In this document: positions 35,740-45,095 of the stretch, piece after piece
How the letters are laid out: each line of letters begins with the position of its first letter
Numbering within the stretch: the first letter of the stretch is position 1
Source: Candidatus Cloacimonadales bacterium
GTDB lineage: Bacteria > Cloacimonadota > Cloacimonadia > Cloacimonadales > JAFGVF01
Direction of reading: 5' to 3'
NCBI GenBank assembly: GCA_963662585.1
Contig: OY759729.1
Span: forward strand, 64,001 to 128,000
DNA: 64,000 bases
Notes under the pieces: model-generated
Databases searched by the model: none
The model's input: only the letters and a program-made list of their open reading frames with translations
What the model was told of the DNA's origin: nothing
Program-made: the position numbers and the translations under genes

Positions 35740-36822
35740 TTATTCGTTTGTGTTATTCTCTGTATCAGCTTCTAACTCTTTTTCTGCTTCTTCTTTTAAT
35801 TTATTAACATTTCTCTCTTCAATTAGCATTCTCTCTTTTTCTAAGCGAGATGCTTCTTTCTTTTCAGCTTTCTCTTTTTCTCGATCAGCTTTAGCTTTAA
35901 TTTTGGCTAGTTCTTTAGCATTTTCTTCCGCTTTTTCCTGAAGAGTAGCTTGGAGATTATCCCATGCTTCATCACCTTTATGGAATTTATCAGTTATTAT
36001 AGGATAGTTTTCATAGTATATTTCTCTTTTCATAACTAATTCTTCAATACCACCGAAATCTTGGGACTTTTCGTAAATTGTTTCAAGGGTTAAGCGCCCC
36101 ATGACATCATAAACAAAATTTTCTACTACAGAACGATTAGTTTTGAAATCAATAGTAGATTTCTTGATAAGATTATCTGCATTATCATAGTCATATTCAA
36201 CAACAGTAATTAAAGAATCAAGATAATCTATTTTTCTTTGAGAGTTTAATCTCTTGTTTTCATTATAAATATAATTATCATAATAAACAGGAAAACCATC
36301 ATAATCATAAGTGATAATCTTTTCTATTCGTTGATCAGGATATTTTATCTTAACATCAGAATAGAGAGGATAACCAGCATCATTGTAGTACTCATACTTT
36401 GTTTGATGCTTTTTAGGATCAGTATTACTTATTGTCCTTTTTAAAAGTTTTCCACCCCAGGAATAAAGGGTTTCTTCAGTGTCACCATATTCGTTAAGGT
36501 ACTTTGTGGTAAATCGCTCAGTAATTACATTATGGGTGCTGTAGAAAGACCTTACATCTAAAGTATCAGAATAAGTATAAGTATAATAACCTCGATAAGA
36601 ATCATTGCCTCCATATTGAGTAATTTCCTTGATTCTACCTTCATTATCAAAATCATAATAGTTCTTTGTGGTTATGTAAGTTCTTTTCAAATCGTAAGAT
36701 GGAATAATTCTATGAGTCTTTACATAACATTTATCAATATCTTTAAATAACTCTAAGGGTATTTCTTGGCTGAATAATCTACCAAGCATTAAAATAGCAA
36801 CTATTACAAGAATCTTTTTCAT
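35740..36822 (-). CDS. secreted hypothetical protein with YD/Rhs-like beta-hairpin repeats and a charged C-terminal coiled coil
   Basis: Signal peptide; repeated YDF.NEGR, YNDAG, YDYDG, YDNADN and YDVMGR; E/K/A-rich tail. Confidence 0.65.
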   Translation of the reverse strand: MKKILVIVAILMLGRLFSQEIPLELFKDIDKCYVKTHRIIPSYDLKRTYITTKNYYDFDNEGRIKEITQYGGNDSYRGYYTYTYSDTLDVRSFYSTHNVITERFTTKYLNEYGDTEETLYSWGGKLLKRTISNTDPKKHQTKYEYYNDAGYPLYSDVKIKYPDQRIEKIITYDYDGFPVYYDNYIYNENKRLNSQRKIDYLDSLITVVEYDYDNADNLIKKSTIDFKTNRSVVENFVYDVMGRLTLETIYEKSQDFGGIEELVMKREIYYENYPIITDKFHKGDEAWDNLQATLQEKAEENAKELAKIKAKADREKEKAEKKEASRLEKERMLIEERNVNKLKEEAEKELEADTENNTNE

Positions 36823-36865
36823 ATTATTTTACCTCTAAATTTAAGACTCATTTCAAATTAAAGAC

Positions 36866-37504
36866 TTAGTTATTGTTCAAAATTTCTTCTAAAGTTGAAT
36901 CATCAGTCTTAGTCTTTACATTATCAATAAGAGGATCTGTGGATAAACCCAAAGAATCTCTTTCAGTGACAACATCTTCAATTTCCGACTCTATAAAAAG
37001 TGTTACCTGACTGCCTTTTAAGACTTTAGTACCGACACCTGGTTCTACTTTCACAACTGTATTCTGATCGTAAAGTCCGTAGCTCTTTTTAACAAACTTA
37101 ACATCTAAGCCTAACTGTTTTAACCTAGAACTAGCGTTTATAGCATTTTCTTCCAAAACCAAAGGAATAACAACTTGTTTTCCTCCAGTACTTACTTCCA
37201 TTTTAATCCTGTTCGTGTTTTTTACAATTTTATTAGCCTTAGGAATTTGGGATATTACAGTTCTATCAGGATACTTAGGTGATGTTACCCAAATTATTGC
37301 TAGAGAATCCTGAAAGGAAAAACCTGCTTCTCTAAGTTTTTGTTTAGCTACAGATAATTCTAAATTTACTATATCAGGAGTTTTGATAGATTTTCCAATA
37401 TCCAATTTCATCGGTATTACAAACTTAGTTGTAACAACGAGAATAATCCACACAAATATAATAAACAATATTAGGGCAAATCCAAATGCTTTTAAATTCT
37501 TCAT
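36866..37504 (-). CDS. membrane-anchored protein with two PASTA domains
   Basis: N-terminal TM segment; PDIVNL..A...L..AG and VISQIP motifs; second repeat with VVKVEPG. Confidence 0.8.
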   Translation of the reverse strand: MKNLKAFGFALILFIIFVWIILVVTTKFVIPMKLDIGKSIKTPDIVNLELSVAKQKLREAGFSFQDSLAIIWVTSPKYPDRTVISQIPKANKIVKNTNRIKMEVSTGGKQVVIPLVLEENAINASSRLKQLGLDVKFVKKSYGLYDQNTVVKVEPGVGTKVLKGSQVTLFIESEIEDVVTERDSLGLSTDPLIDNVKTKTDDSTLEEILNNN

Positions 37505-37510
37505 AATATT

Positions 37511-38827
37511 CTAATTTAACCTTTTTAATTTTGCTCCAAAAGAGCCGTCCATTTGATGCTTATGAGGTATTGTTTTAAGATAATTATTGTCAGTGTAGAT
37601 ACTATTAACAAATTGATCAGCAGAAACTAATTCAAAGTTTGAGTGTTTGGACAAGAACTTAGTAATTTGATCTTCATTTTCCATAGGGTTCATTGTACAT
37701 GTAGAATAGATAATATAGCCATTTACTTTCACAAATTTAGCTGCATAATTAAGAGCATTGCTTTGAATCTTTAGAAGTTCATTATACTTCTGATGAGATT
37801 GCCATCTTAGTTCAGATTTTTTACCTAGCACTCCCCAACCTGAACAAGGTACATCTAATAAAACTTTGTCATAAGCAGGTGCGATAGGGCCATATTGAAG
37901 AGCATCTTGAGTAATAAGTTTAACATTTGATATTTGAAGCCTTTCTAAAGCTTGTTTTATTAACTTTACTTTTTTAGGGTACTTATCAATAGCGATTATC
38001 TGGCCATTATTATTCATAAGTTCAGCCATGTAAGTTGTTTTCCCACCGGGACCTGCAAACATATCTAAAATGTTATCTTCTTGCTGAGGAGCAACAAGAT
38101 CGACCACTAAAGAAGCTGCAGCATCTTGAATAGAATAATAACCTTCTGAAAAAGCTACATCATCTAAAACCAATTGAGCTTTATCAGCCTTATAAACATT
38201 ACTAACACCAGGGTAAGTTTTTAGGGTTACACCTCTTTTATTGAAATATGATATAAGTTTATCTATCGAGGTAGCGGTATTATTCACTCGAATATTAATT
38301 TCAGGAAATTCATTAAAGTACATAGCAAGATACTCAGTATCTTCAATACCAAAGATTGTCGCCCAGCTTTCTATTAAGTCTTTTGGGTAAGAGTGCTCTA
38401 TTGAAATTCTTTCAATATCATCTTCAGGAAGTTTAATCTCGTCTGATCTTAGATAATTACGGAGAACAGCATTAACAAAATCTGCTGTATTTTGACTGAA
38501 TAAATCCTTGGCCAATTCAACTGTAGTATCGACTGCAGAATGGTCAGGAACGCTATCTAGATAGATAATTTGAAAAATACCTAAATACAATAATATTTTA
38601 ATTTTTAGATCAGTTTTAGCAAACTTCTTATCATCTGTAAGTTGCTGACATATATATTCTAAATACAATTTTCTTTTAATTACGCCTTTAACTAAAGTAT
38701 AGAAAAATTCATGGTTACCATTATTCTTCTTGATTTTGTTAGCTTCATTGCTTAGTAAGCTGGAAGACATTTCATTATCTTTAAGAACTTTATATATAAC
38801 TTTATAGGCAGTTTTTCTTTCTAACAT
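37511..38827 (-). CDS. rsmB: 16S rRNA m5C967 methyltransferase (NusB-like plus RsmB domains)
   Basis: FVNAVLR, IQD, GPGGKT, DVPCSG and YSTCT motifs. Confidence 0.93.
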   Translation of the reverse strand: MLERKTAYKVIYKVLKDNEMSSSLLSNEANKIKKNNGNHEFFYTLVKGVIKRKLYLEYICQQLTDDKKFAKTDLKIKILLYLGIFQIIYLDSVPDHSAVDTTVELAKDLFSQNTADFVNAVLRNYLRSDEIKLPEDDIERISIEHSYPKDLIESWATIFGIEDTEYLAMYFNEFPEINIRVNNTATSIDKLISYFNKRGVTLKTYPGVSNVYKADKAQLVLDDVAFSEGYYSIQDAAASLVVDLVAPQQEDNILDMFAGPGGKTTYMAELMNNNGQIIAIDKYPKKVKLIKQALERLQISNVKLITQDALQYGPIAPAYDKVLLDVPCSGWGVLGKKSELRWQSHQKYNELLKIQSNALNYAAKFVKVNGYIIYSTCTMNPMENEDQITKFLSKHSNFELVSADQFVNSIYTDNNYLKTIPHKHQMDGSFGAKLKRLN

Positions 38828-38830
38828 ATT

Positions 38831-39427
38831 TTAACCCTTTTTGTATAAATTTTTTATACTCTTTTTAATTAAATCTTCAACCTCAATTTGTGGTTCAAGA
38901 GATAGGATAGACTGAAAAGCTTTTCTAATATCAAATGCTTTATAACCTAAAGTAAGCAGTGCGTTTTCTGCTTCTTTAGCAACATCGTTAAGTTGTGGAC
39001 TATTAAATTCATGCCCTATTATTTCAATATCATCAAGTTTATCTTTGAGCTCGATTATTAATCTTTGAGCTGTTTTCTTGCCTAAGCCAGGTACTTTAGA
39101 TAATAAAGAGTAATCATCGCTCAGGATTGAATTTATGATTGTGGCTACTGGGAGAGCCGAAAGCATTGAAAGAGCAATTTTTGGACCTACTCTAGAAATT
39201 GAGATGAGTTTGCGAAAGAGTGCTTTTTCATCTTTGCTATAAAAGCCAAAAAGTCTAACCCCTTCATCGTTTTGATGATGATGAATAAGCAGTTTTATCT
39301 CTGCTTGAGATCTAATCTTTTCATAAGTTGTAAGAGATATTTCAACTTCATAACCTACTCCATGGCAATCTATAACACAGTAGAGTGGAGTTAATTCAGC
39401 TACTATACCTTTCAGATAATTGAACAT
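38831..39427 (-). CDS. ruvA: Holliday junction branch migration protein RuvA
   Basis: GVGYEV, LFGF, VGPKIAL and VPGLGKKTAQRLIIELKDK motifs. Confidence 0.96.
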   Translation of the reverse strand: MFNYLKGIVAELTPLYCVIDCHGVGYEVEISLTTYEKIRSQAEIKLLIHHHQNDEGVRLFGFYSKDEKALFRKLISISRVGPKIALSMLSALPVATIINSILSDDYSLLSKVPGLGKKTAQRLIIELKDKLDDIEIIGHEFNSPQLNDVAKEAENALLTLGYKAFDIRKAFQSILSLEPQIEVEDLIKKSIKNLYKKG

Positions 39428-39437
39428 TATATTTTCC

Positions 39438-40211
39438 TCATTTTTTTAATACAGCATAACAAGTTGTACTAAGAAAATTTCTCAAGTAAGGGATTTGGGC
39501 AAGATACTTATTCAGAACAATAGGTTTTAAGTTAAATTTAACCTCATAATTTGGATTAATGAAATAAAGTCTAGCGGCGAGAAATTTAAAATCTGTTTCT
39601 TGGATAAGCTTACCAAAATGCTCTAAAGTTACTTTGCTTTCATTTAATTCTATAAGTTCTTTAATTACTTCTTCTCTTTCACCTGAAATTTTCAAAATAT
39701 TACGATAAATATGACTGTTTAGTAGGTGGATGAAGGGTATTTTGGAAAGAAAAGAGTTTAGCATTTGTTGATGACCACCAAAGGGATTTTGCCAAGGTGG
39801 AAAAGCAATAAAGGCAATTCCAGATGGTTTTAAGTGCTCATAAGTAAAAGACAGTAGTTTTTCATGGTCAATAATGTGCTCAATTACATCTCTAAAAAAT
39901 ATCAAATCGAACTCTCCTAAAGAATTGATGTTGAAAACATCTTCATCTAATAACAGACATCTATTATCCTTAATATAATCAGATAAGTAGTTTTTGCCAT
40001 TAGCTATTTTATCTTTTGCTAAATCTACTCCAACTACCTTACAGCCTTGTTTTAGAAAAGGCTTGAGATTACCGCCCTCACCACACCCTATCTCAAGGAC
40101 AGAGATATTTTCTGTGGACAGATATTGATTTAGGAAAGGGATTACATATTTAGTGGTTGTAATAACTTGCTCGTTAAAGTATTTCTCTCGATCTTTATGT
40201 CTGTTTTGCAT
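39438..40211 (-). CDS. class I SAM-dependent methyltransferase
   Basis: LEIGCGEGG, DVIEHI and FPPWQNPFGGHQQ motifs. Confidence 0.88.
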   Translation of the reverse strand: MQNRHKDREKYFNEQVITTTKYVIPFLNQYLSTENISVLEIGCGEGGNLKPFLKQGCKVVGVDLAKDKIANGKNYLSDYIKDNRCLLLDEDVFNINSLGEFDLIFFRDVIEHIIDHEKLLSFTYEHLKPSGIAFIAFPPWQNPFGGHQQMLNSFLSKIPFIHLLNSHIYRNILKISGEREEVIKELIELNESKVTLEHFGKLIQETDFKFLAARLYFINPNYEVKFNLKPIVLNKYLAQIPYLRNFLSTTCYAVLKK

Positions 40212-40710
40212 AGCCCTCTTCCATTAAATTAAGATTTCCAAACTTTACTTTATTAAAGTGAGTGTAGGCTACAGATAAAGCATCTGAAGCATCTTCCGAT
40301 TGTATGGGTTCTTTTAAACCTATAATCTTTTGAATCATTAACCTAACTTGTGTTTTGTTAGCATTACCATTTCCTGTAACTGCTTTTTTCACTTCTCTTG
40401 GAGAGTATTCAAAAACTTTGATATTTGATAAAGCACATGCCAAGAGAATAACCCCTCGGGCATGTGCTAAAGTTATTGAAGACTGAATATTCTTACCATA
40501 GAAGATAGTCTCAACTACAGCAATATCAGGCTTATACTCTTCTATTATGGAAGAAATCACCTGGAATAATTGTGTTAATTTCTCACTTAATTGCTCTTGT
40601 GAGTTTAATTTGATAACATCACAACCAGCTGCAAGAACTTTCCTTTTTTCTGTTTGAATGATACCATATCCACAAAATCTGGTTCCTGGATCAAAACCAA
40701 TAATAGTCAT
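40195..40710 (-). CDS. ruvC: Holliday junction resolvase RuvC
   Basis: GFDPG, AVVE, ARGV, VKKAVTGNGNA.K.QV and DASDAL motifs. Confidence 0.96.
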   Translation of the reverse strand: MTIIGFDPGTRFCGYGIIQTEKRKVLAAGCDVIKLNSQEQLSEKLTQLFQVISSIIEEYKPDIAVVETIFYGKNIQSSITLAHARGVILLACALSNIKVFEYSPREVKKAVTGNGNANKTQVRLMIQKIIGLKEPIQSEDASDALSVAYTHFNKVKFGNLNLMEEGYAKQT

Positions 40711-41460
40711 CTATTCTTGATTAAGTTTTTCCATCACTTCGTCTGAGATGTCAAAATTAGCCCAAACTTTTTGAGTATCATCTAAATCATCAAGAATATC
40801 TAAGAGTCTCATTAATTTTTCTGCCACTGCATCTGCATTTACTGTAGTTTTAGGAACTTTAATTAAGGCAGGTTCCTGTGGTTCATAGCCAGCTTCTTCA
40901 AAGTTTTTCATAACAGTATGAAAATCAGAAGCAACTGTATAAACTTCGAACATATCATCTTCTAATTTAACATCTTCAGCTCCAGCTTCCAACGCTTCCA
41001 TCATGAATTCATCTTCATCTTTTCCTTCTGCAGAAATAAGAAAGAATCCTTTTTGTTCGAAATTCCAAGAAACAGAACCTGATTCAGCCATAGAACCACC
41101 ATACTTACTGAGTGTATGTCTAATCTCAGCAACAGTTCTATTTTTGTTATCAGTAGTGCAATCTATTAATATAGCAACACCACCGTGACCGTAGCCTTCG
41201 TAGGTGATTTCTTCATAAGTTACACCTTCTATCTCACCGGTACCTCTTTTAATAGCTCTTTCAATATTATCCTTAGGCATATTTTGGTCACGAGCTGCTT
41301 GAACAGCTGTTCTTAAACGAGGATTCATTTCTGGATCTCCTCCGCCCATACGAGCTGCAATCACAATCTCTTTTCCTAACTTAGTAAATACTTTTCCACG
41401 CTTTGCGTCGGCTGCACCTTTTTTATGTTTAATTGAGCTCCACTTATTATGTCCTGACAT
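40711..41460 (-). CDS. yebC: YebC/PmpR family protein
   Basis: MSGHNKWSSIKHKK, YEGYG and TDNKNRT motifs. Start placed at 41460 by RBS spacing. Confidence 0.95.
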   Translation of the reverse strand: MSGHNKWSSIKHKKGAADAKRGKVFTKLGKEIVIAARMGGGDPEMNPRLRTAVQAARDQNMPKDNIERAIKRGTGEIEGVTYEEITYEGYGHGGVAILIDCTTDNKNRTVAEIRHTLSKYGGSMAESGSVSWNFEQKGFFLISAEGKDEDEFMMEALEAGAEDVKLEDDMFEVYTVASDFHTVMKNFEEAGYEPQEPALIKVPKTTVNADAVAEKLMRLLDILDDLDDTQKVWANFDISDEVMEKLNQE

Positions 41461-41485
41461 TGGCATTCCTCTCTAATTTTGATTT

Positions 41486-41511
41486 AAAAGAGCCGACTAT
41501 TAAGCCGGCTC
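41486..41511 (-). terminator. terminator-like hairpin after the EF-G paralogue
   Basis: GAGCCGGC-TTAATA-GTCGGCTC-TTTT on the minus strand. Confidence 0.6.
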
Positions 41512-41564
41512 GAGTTTAATAACCTATTTAAGTTAATAAATTTTCTATATGTTTTTTTGTCAAT

Positions 41565-43619
41565 TTATTCTTGTTCTTGATGAGCTTCAGCAATTATTTT
41601 TGTCGCTTCATCAGAAGGTACTTTCTCATAATGAGAGAATGATTGAGTGAATTTTCCTCTACCTTGAGTTAGAGATTTAAGTGTTGGGAAGTACTTATAA
41701 ACTTCAGCAAGAGGAAGCTCAGAAGTAAGAATTTGTTTTCTTCCTTCTTGCTCCATACCCACAATTTTACCTCTACGAGTTGAAATATCACCCATAACAT
41801 CACCCATATATTCTGTAGGTATCTCTATTTTTAGAGTATGAATAGGCTCTAAAAGAATAGGATTACATTTGCTAAAGCCATTTTTCAACGCCATTGTTGA
41901 AGCTAATTTAAAGGCCATTTCTGAAGAGTCAACATCATGATAAGAACCATAGTATAAGTCACAATAGATATCAACAACAGGATAACCTGCGATAATACCA
42001 GCAAGCATAGTTTCATTAATACCTTTTTCAACAGCAGGGATATAGCCTGAAGGGATAGTTCCACCAACTACTGAATTAATGAATTCATATCCTTCACCTC
42101 TCTCCTTAGGTCCAATTCTCATGAATACATGACCATACTGACCTTTACCACCTGATTGTTTTTTATGTTTATATTCAACATCAGTTTTACCAGTAATAGT
42201 CTCACGATAAGGTATTCTTGGAGCTTTTAGAATAGCATTAACTTTATAACGATTTCTTAATTTCTTTTGAAGTAAAACAAGTTGCTGTTCGCTTGTTCCT
42301 GAAATTATGTTTTCATGTGTTTCAGGATTGATTTTTAAGTTAATAGTAGGATCTTCATTCATTAACCTCTGAATTGCAACACCAATTTTATCTTCATCAT
42401 TTTGTGATTCACCCATGATAGATTTCCACATAACCGCATCAGGGAATACAACAGGTTTGCATTTTACATTAGAACCGATCTCAACAATAGAGTCCATTGA
42501 TCTAGCATATTTAAGCTTCACTAAAGCTCCAATTTCACCAGCTTTAATTTCACCAGCATCTACTCTATTCTTTCCTTGAGCATAGTAAATATTACCAATT
42601 TTATCTTTATTATCCTTTTCTGGGATAAAGACATCTGTTCCAGAAACCATTGAACCAGAGTATAATCTAAAGTAAGCAATATCACCCATAGTTGGATCTG
42701 CGTAATTTTTAAAAATAAAACCTAAAATTTTACCGTCTGGTGAGCAGATAAAATCTTTTTCTTCATCATTGTCAAGAACACTTAAGGTAGAACAATCAGC
42801 AGGACTTGGAAGATATTCAATGATTGCTTCAAGCAGACTATTTAAACCAACCTGGCTACTTGCTGAAACTGCAAAAGCAGGCATAATTGAGCCAGAAGCA
42901 ATAGCTTTCTTAGCACCGATAGCCATTTCCTCGTGAGTCAACTCACCAGCTTCAAAGAATTTTTCTAAAAGTTCTTCATCTGACTCAGCTACAGCTTCCA
43001 TTAAACCCATTCTTTTTTCTTCAACATCATCAGCCATATCAGCAGGGACATCTGTTAATTTACCATCGATATAAGCTTTATTCCTTAGGATGTCAACAAC
43101 ACCCTTGAATTCACTTTCACTTCCAATAGGAATAATAAATGGAGTTGCGTTTATGCCAATATTTTCTGATATAGTTTCAATTATTTTGTTGAAATCTGAA
43201 TGTTCTTGATCTAGTTTATTGATAATTAAAGCTCTACTTTTATTTGAATTACCAAGTTGTTCTAAAGCTTTTTCTAAACCAACTTCAAAACCACCTGCAC
43301 CATTAGCAACAACGCAAACAGTTTCTACAGCTGGGAATACTGATAATTGGTCACCAATATAATCAGGTGTTCCCGGAGCATCAATGATATTAATCCTATT
43401 ATTTTTATAGTCGATGAAACCACAGCTTAATGAGAGTGAATTTTTTTTATCAATCTCTTCCGGGTCGAAGTCCATGACAGTATTTCCATCATCAACTTTT
43501 CCAATACGAGTAATCATTTTAGTAGTATATAATAAGTTTTCTGCGAGGGTGGTTTTACCAGCTCCACTTGAACCTAAAAAGGCTATATTTCGAATGTTTT
43601 TCATGTCATAATTCTTCAT
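41565..43619 (-). CDS. elongation factor G paralogue (EF-G2-like)
   Basis: Full EF-G length; GAGKTT, NKLD, YRETI, KQSGGKGQYG, SYHDVDSSEMAF and LLEPI motifs; not in an str operon; DAPGT instead of DTPGH. Confidence 0.92.
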   Translation of the reverse strand: MKNYDMKNIRNIAFLGSSGAGKTTLAENLLYTTKMITRIGKVDDGNTVMDFDPEEIDKKNSLSLSCGFIDYKNNRINIIDAPGTPDYIGDQLSVFPAVETVCVVANGAGGFEVGLEKALEQLGNSNKSRALIINKLDQEHSDFNKIIETISENIGINATPFIIPIGSESEFKGVVDILRNKAYIDGKLTDVPADMADDVEEKRMGLMEAVAESDEELLEKFFEAGELTHEEMAIGAKKAIASGSIMPAFAVSASSQVGLNSLLEAIIEYLPSPADCSTLSVLDNDEEKDFICSPDGKILGFIFKNYADPTMGDIAYFRLYSGSMVSGTDVFIPEKDNKDKIGNIYYAQGKNRVDAGEIKAGEIGALVKLKYARSMDSIVEIGSNVKCKPVVFPDAVMWKSIMGESQNDEDKIGVAIQRLMNEDPTINLKINPETHENIISGTSEQQLVLLQKKLRNRYKVNAILKAPRIPYRETITGKTDVEYKHKKQSGGKGQYGHVFMRIGPKERGEGYEFINSVVGGTIPSGYIPAVEKGINETMLAGIIAGYPVVDIYCDLYYGSYHDVDSSEMAFKLASTMALKNGFSKCNPILLEPIHTLKIEIPTEYMGDVMGDISTRRGKIVGMEQEGRKQILTSELPLAEVYKYFPTLKSLTQGRGKFTQSFSHYEKVPSDEATKIIAEAHQEQE

Positions 43620-43770
43620 TAATTTTCCCCCGTTTATGGATTTTTCAATATAAATACCATTTACAACTTTATTTTAATAGATGTCAAGAAAATATTATTT
43701 TTTTTTATGGTACTTAATTAATTTTAATTTATTTAATCTTCTTAAATTACTGATTAAATCCTTATTTTAG

Positions 43771-44247
43771 TTAATTAATAATTAGTTTAATATCTTCAAT
43801 TAACTTGTCGACTTTATCATTATTTTCTATAGGTGCATGAATATCTCTTCGTAAGATGATTTGATTATCAGGAAGAGCTTCAATAAAATTTTCTAAAGTC
43901 TTACCAGGTCCTCCCCTATGTGTACAAGTTAATACTATTTTCTTGTTAGATATTGTATTATCGTGTAAGAAACTTCTCAAAACTGGAGCATAAGTCCAAG
44001 CCCATACAGGTGTCCCAAAAATTATATACTCATAATCATCTAGACAAATATTATATGGCTTTAGAGCAGGAGTTTTCTTTCTTACAGATTCTTGTCCTCC
44101 TTGAAAAAGTATTTTAATACTGCTATTCGTATATTCTTTTTCAGCTTCTAGTTTCAAAATATCACAGTTAATTTCTTTTTTTAATATAGTCGCTAACTTA
44201 TCATTATCTCCTGAGTAGGAGAAATAAATAAAGATTGTTTTCTTCAT
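43771..44247 (-). CDS. flavodoxin-like protein
   Basis: YFSYSG and GTPVWAW motifs. Confidence 0.85.
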   Translation of the reverse strand: MKKTIFIYFSYSGDNDKLATILKKEINCDILKLEAEKEYTNSSIKILFQGGQESVRKKTPALKPYNICLDDYEYIIFGTPVWAWTYAPVLRSFLHDNTISNKKIVLTCTHRGGPGKTLENFIEALPDNQIILRRDIHAPIENNDKVDKLIEDIKLIIN

Positions 44248-44249
44248 AG

Positions 44250-45095
44250 TTATCTTAATTTCCTTTTATAGATATAAAATTTATGGTGAGCCCAAATTCT
44301 TTTAAATAATTTGGGAGCATATTTTTCTAACCAATAGTATTGCATCATCTTATCTGCAAAAGCACTATCTTTATCTTGCCAAAAATCTAGTATAGAAAGA
44401 GACTCATGCTCTTGAGTTTTATTCTCTTTAATTAAAAATCCCAGTTTAAGTTTCTTAAGGAAATCCTCTTTAGCCATTCCTATATCGGGCCAGGGTGGGC
44501 AATCAAAGAAATCCCAAGCAACTTCTTTCCAACCGAGATTATTCATGATCGGATTAAAGTTTTTATGAATAATATTTTCTTCTTTGAGATATTTGCTAAG
44601 TTCTTCTTTACCAAAGTACTTCTGACTTAGATAGCCTAAACCGCTCCGATTCGGAACTGCGAGAATAATAATCTTATTAGTTACTCGATCTAACTCTGTT
44701 AAGAATACAGATAAATCTTCCACAAACCAAAGAGCTGAGAAATTCCAGCTAAGGTCAAAAGACTTATCAGGGAAATTTAAAATTCTATAATTTTCAACAC
44801 TTTGATATTTTAAAGGGAGCAAAGAATCTTCCCAAACTCCTTTTATAAGTTCTAGTCTTTCAGCATCATGATCAATAATAGTTACATCTATTCCAGCTTT
44901 AGCGAAACCCATAGAGTTTATGCCTGAAAGACCTGTAAAGCCAAATGAAGGAGCTTCAAGAAGAGACTTAATTTTGTACTTTGATATAACTTCCATAAGC
45001 CTATTATGAATTATTATCCTTTCATAACTTGAGCCTAAACCTTCATCAGGCTCACTAAAGTATTTTTTCCAAAAGTGAATTATAGGTATAGCCAT
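44250..45095 (-). CDS. hypothetical protein, probable methyltransferase fold
   Basis: LNFPDKSFDL motif, ELDRVT...LAVPN and a Gly-rich LEAPSFGFTG segment. Confidence 0.6.
   Translation of the reverse strand: MAIPIIHFWKKYFSEPDEGLGSSYERIIIHNRLMEVISKYKIKSLLEAPSFGFTGLSGINSMGFAKAGIDVTIIDHDAERLELIKGVWEDSLLPLKYQSVENYRILNFPDKSFDLSWNFSALWFVEDLSVFLTELDRVTNKIIILAVPNRSGLGYLSQKYFGKEELSKYLKEENIIHKNFNPIMNNLGWKEVAWDFFDCPPWPDIGMAKEDFLKKLKLGFLIKENKTQEHESLSILDFWQDKDSAFADKMMQYYWLEKYAPKLFKRIWAHHKFYIYKRKLR

Noticed and set aside
35740..36822. Rhs polymorphic toxin
   Set aside because: Too short, with no DPxG core end, toxin tip or immunity gene.
36938..36946. DnaA box TGTGGATAA
   Set aside because: A single copy inside the PASTA gene coding sequence; expected by chance.
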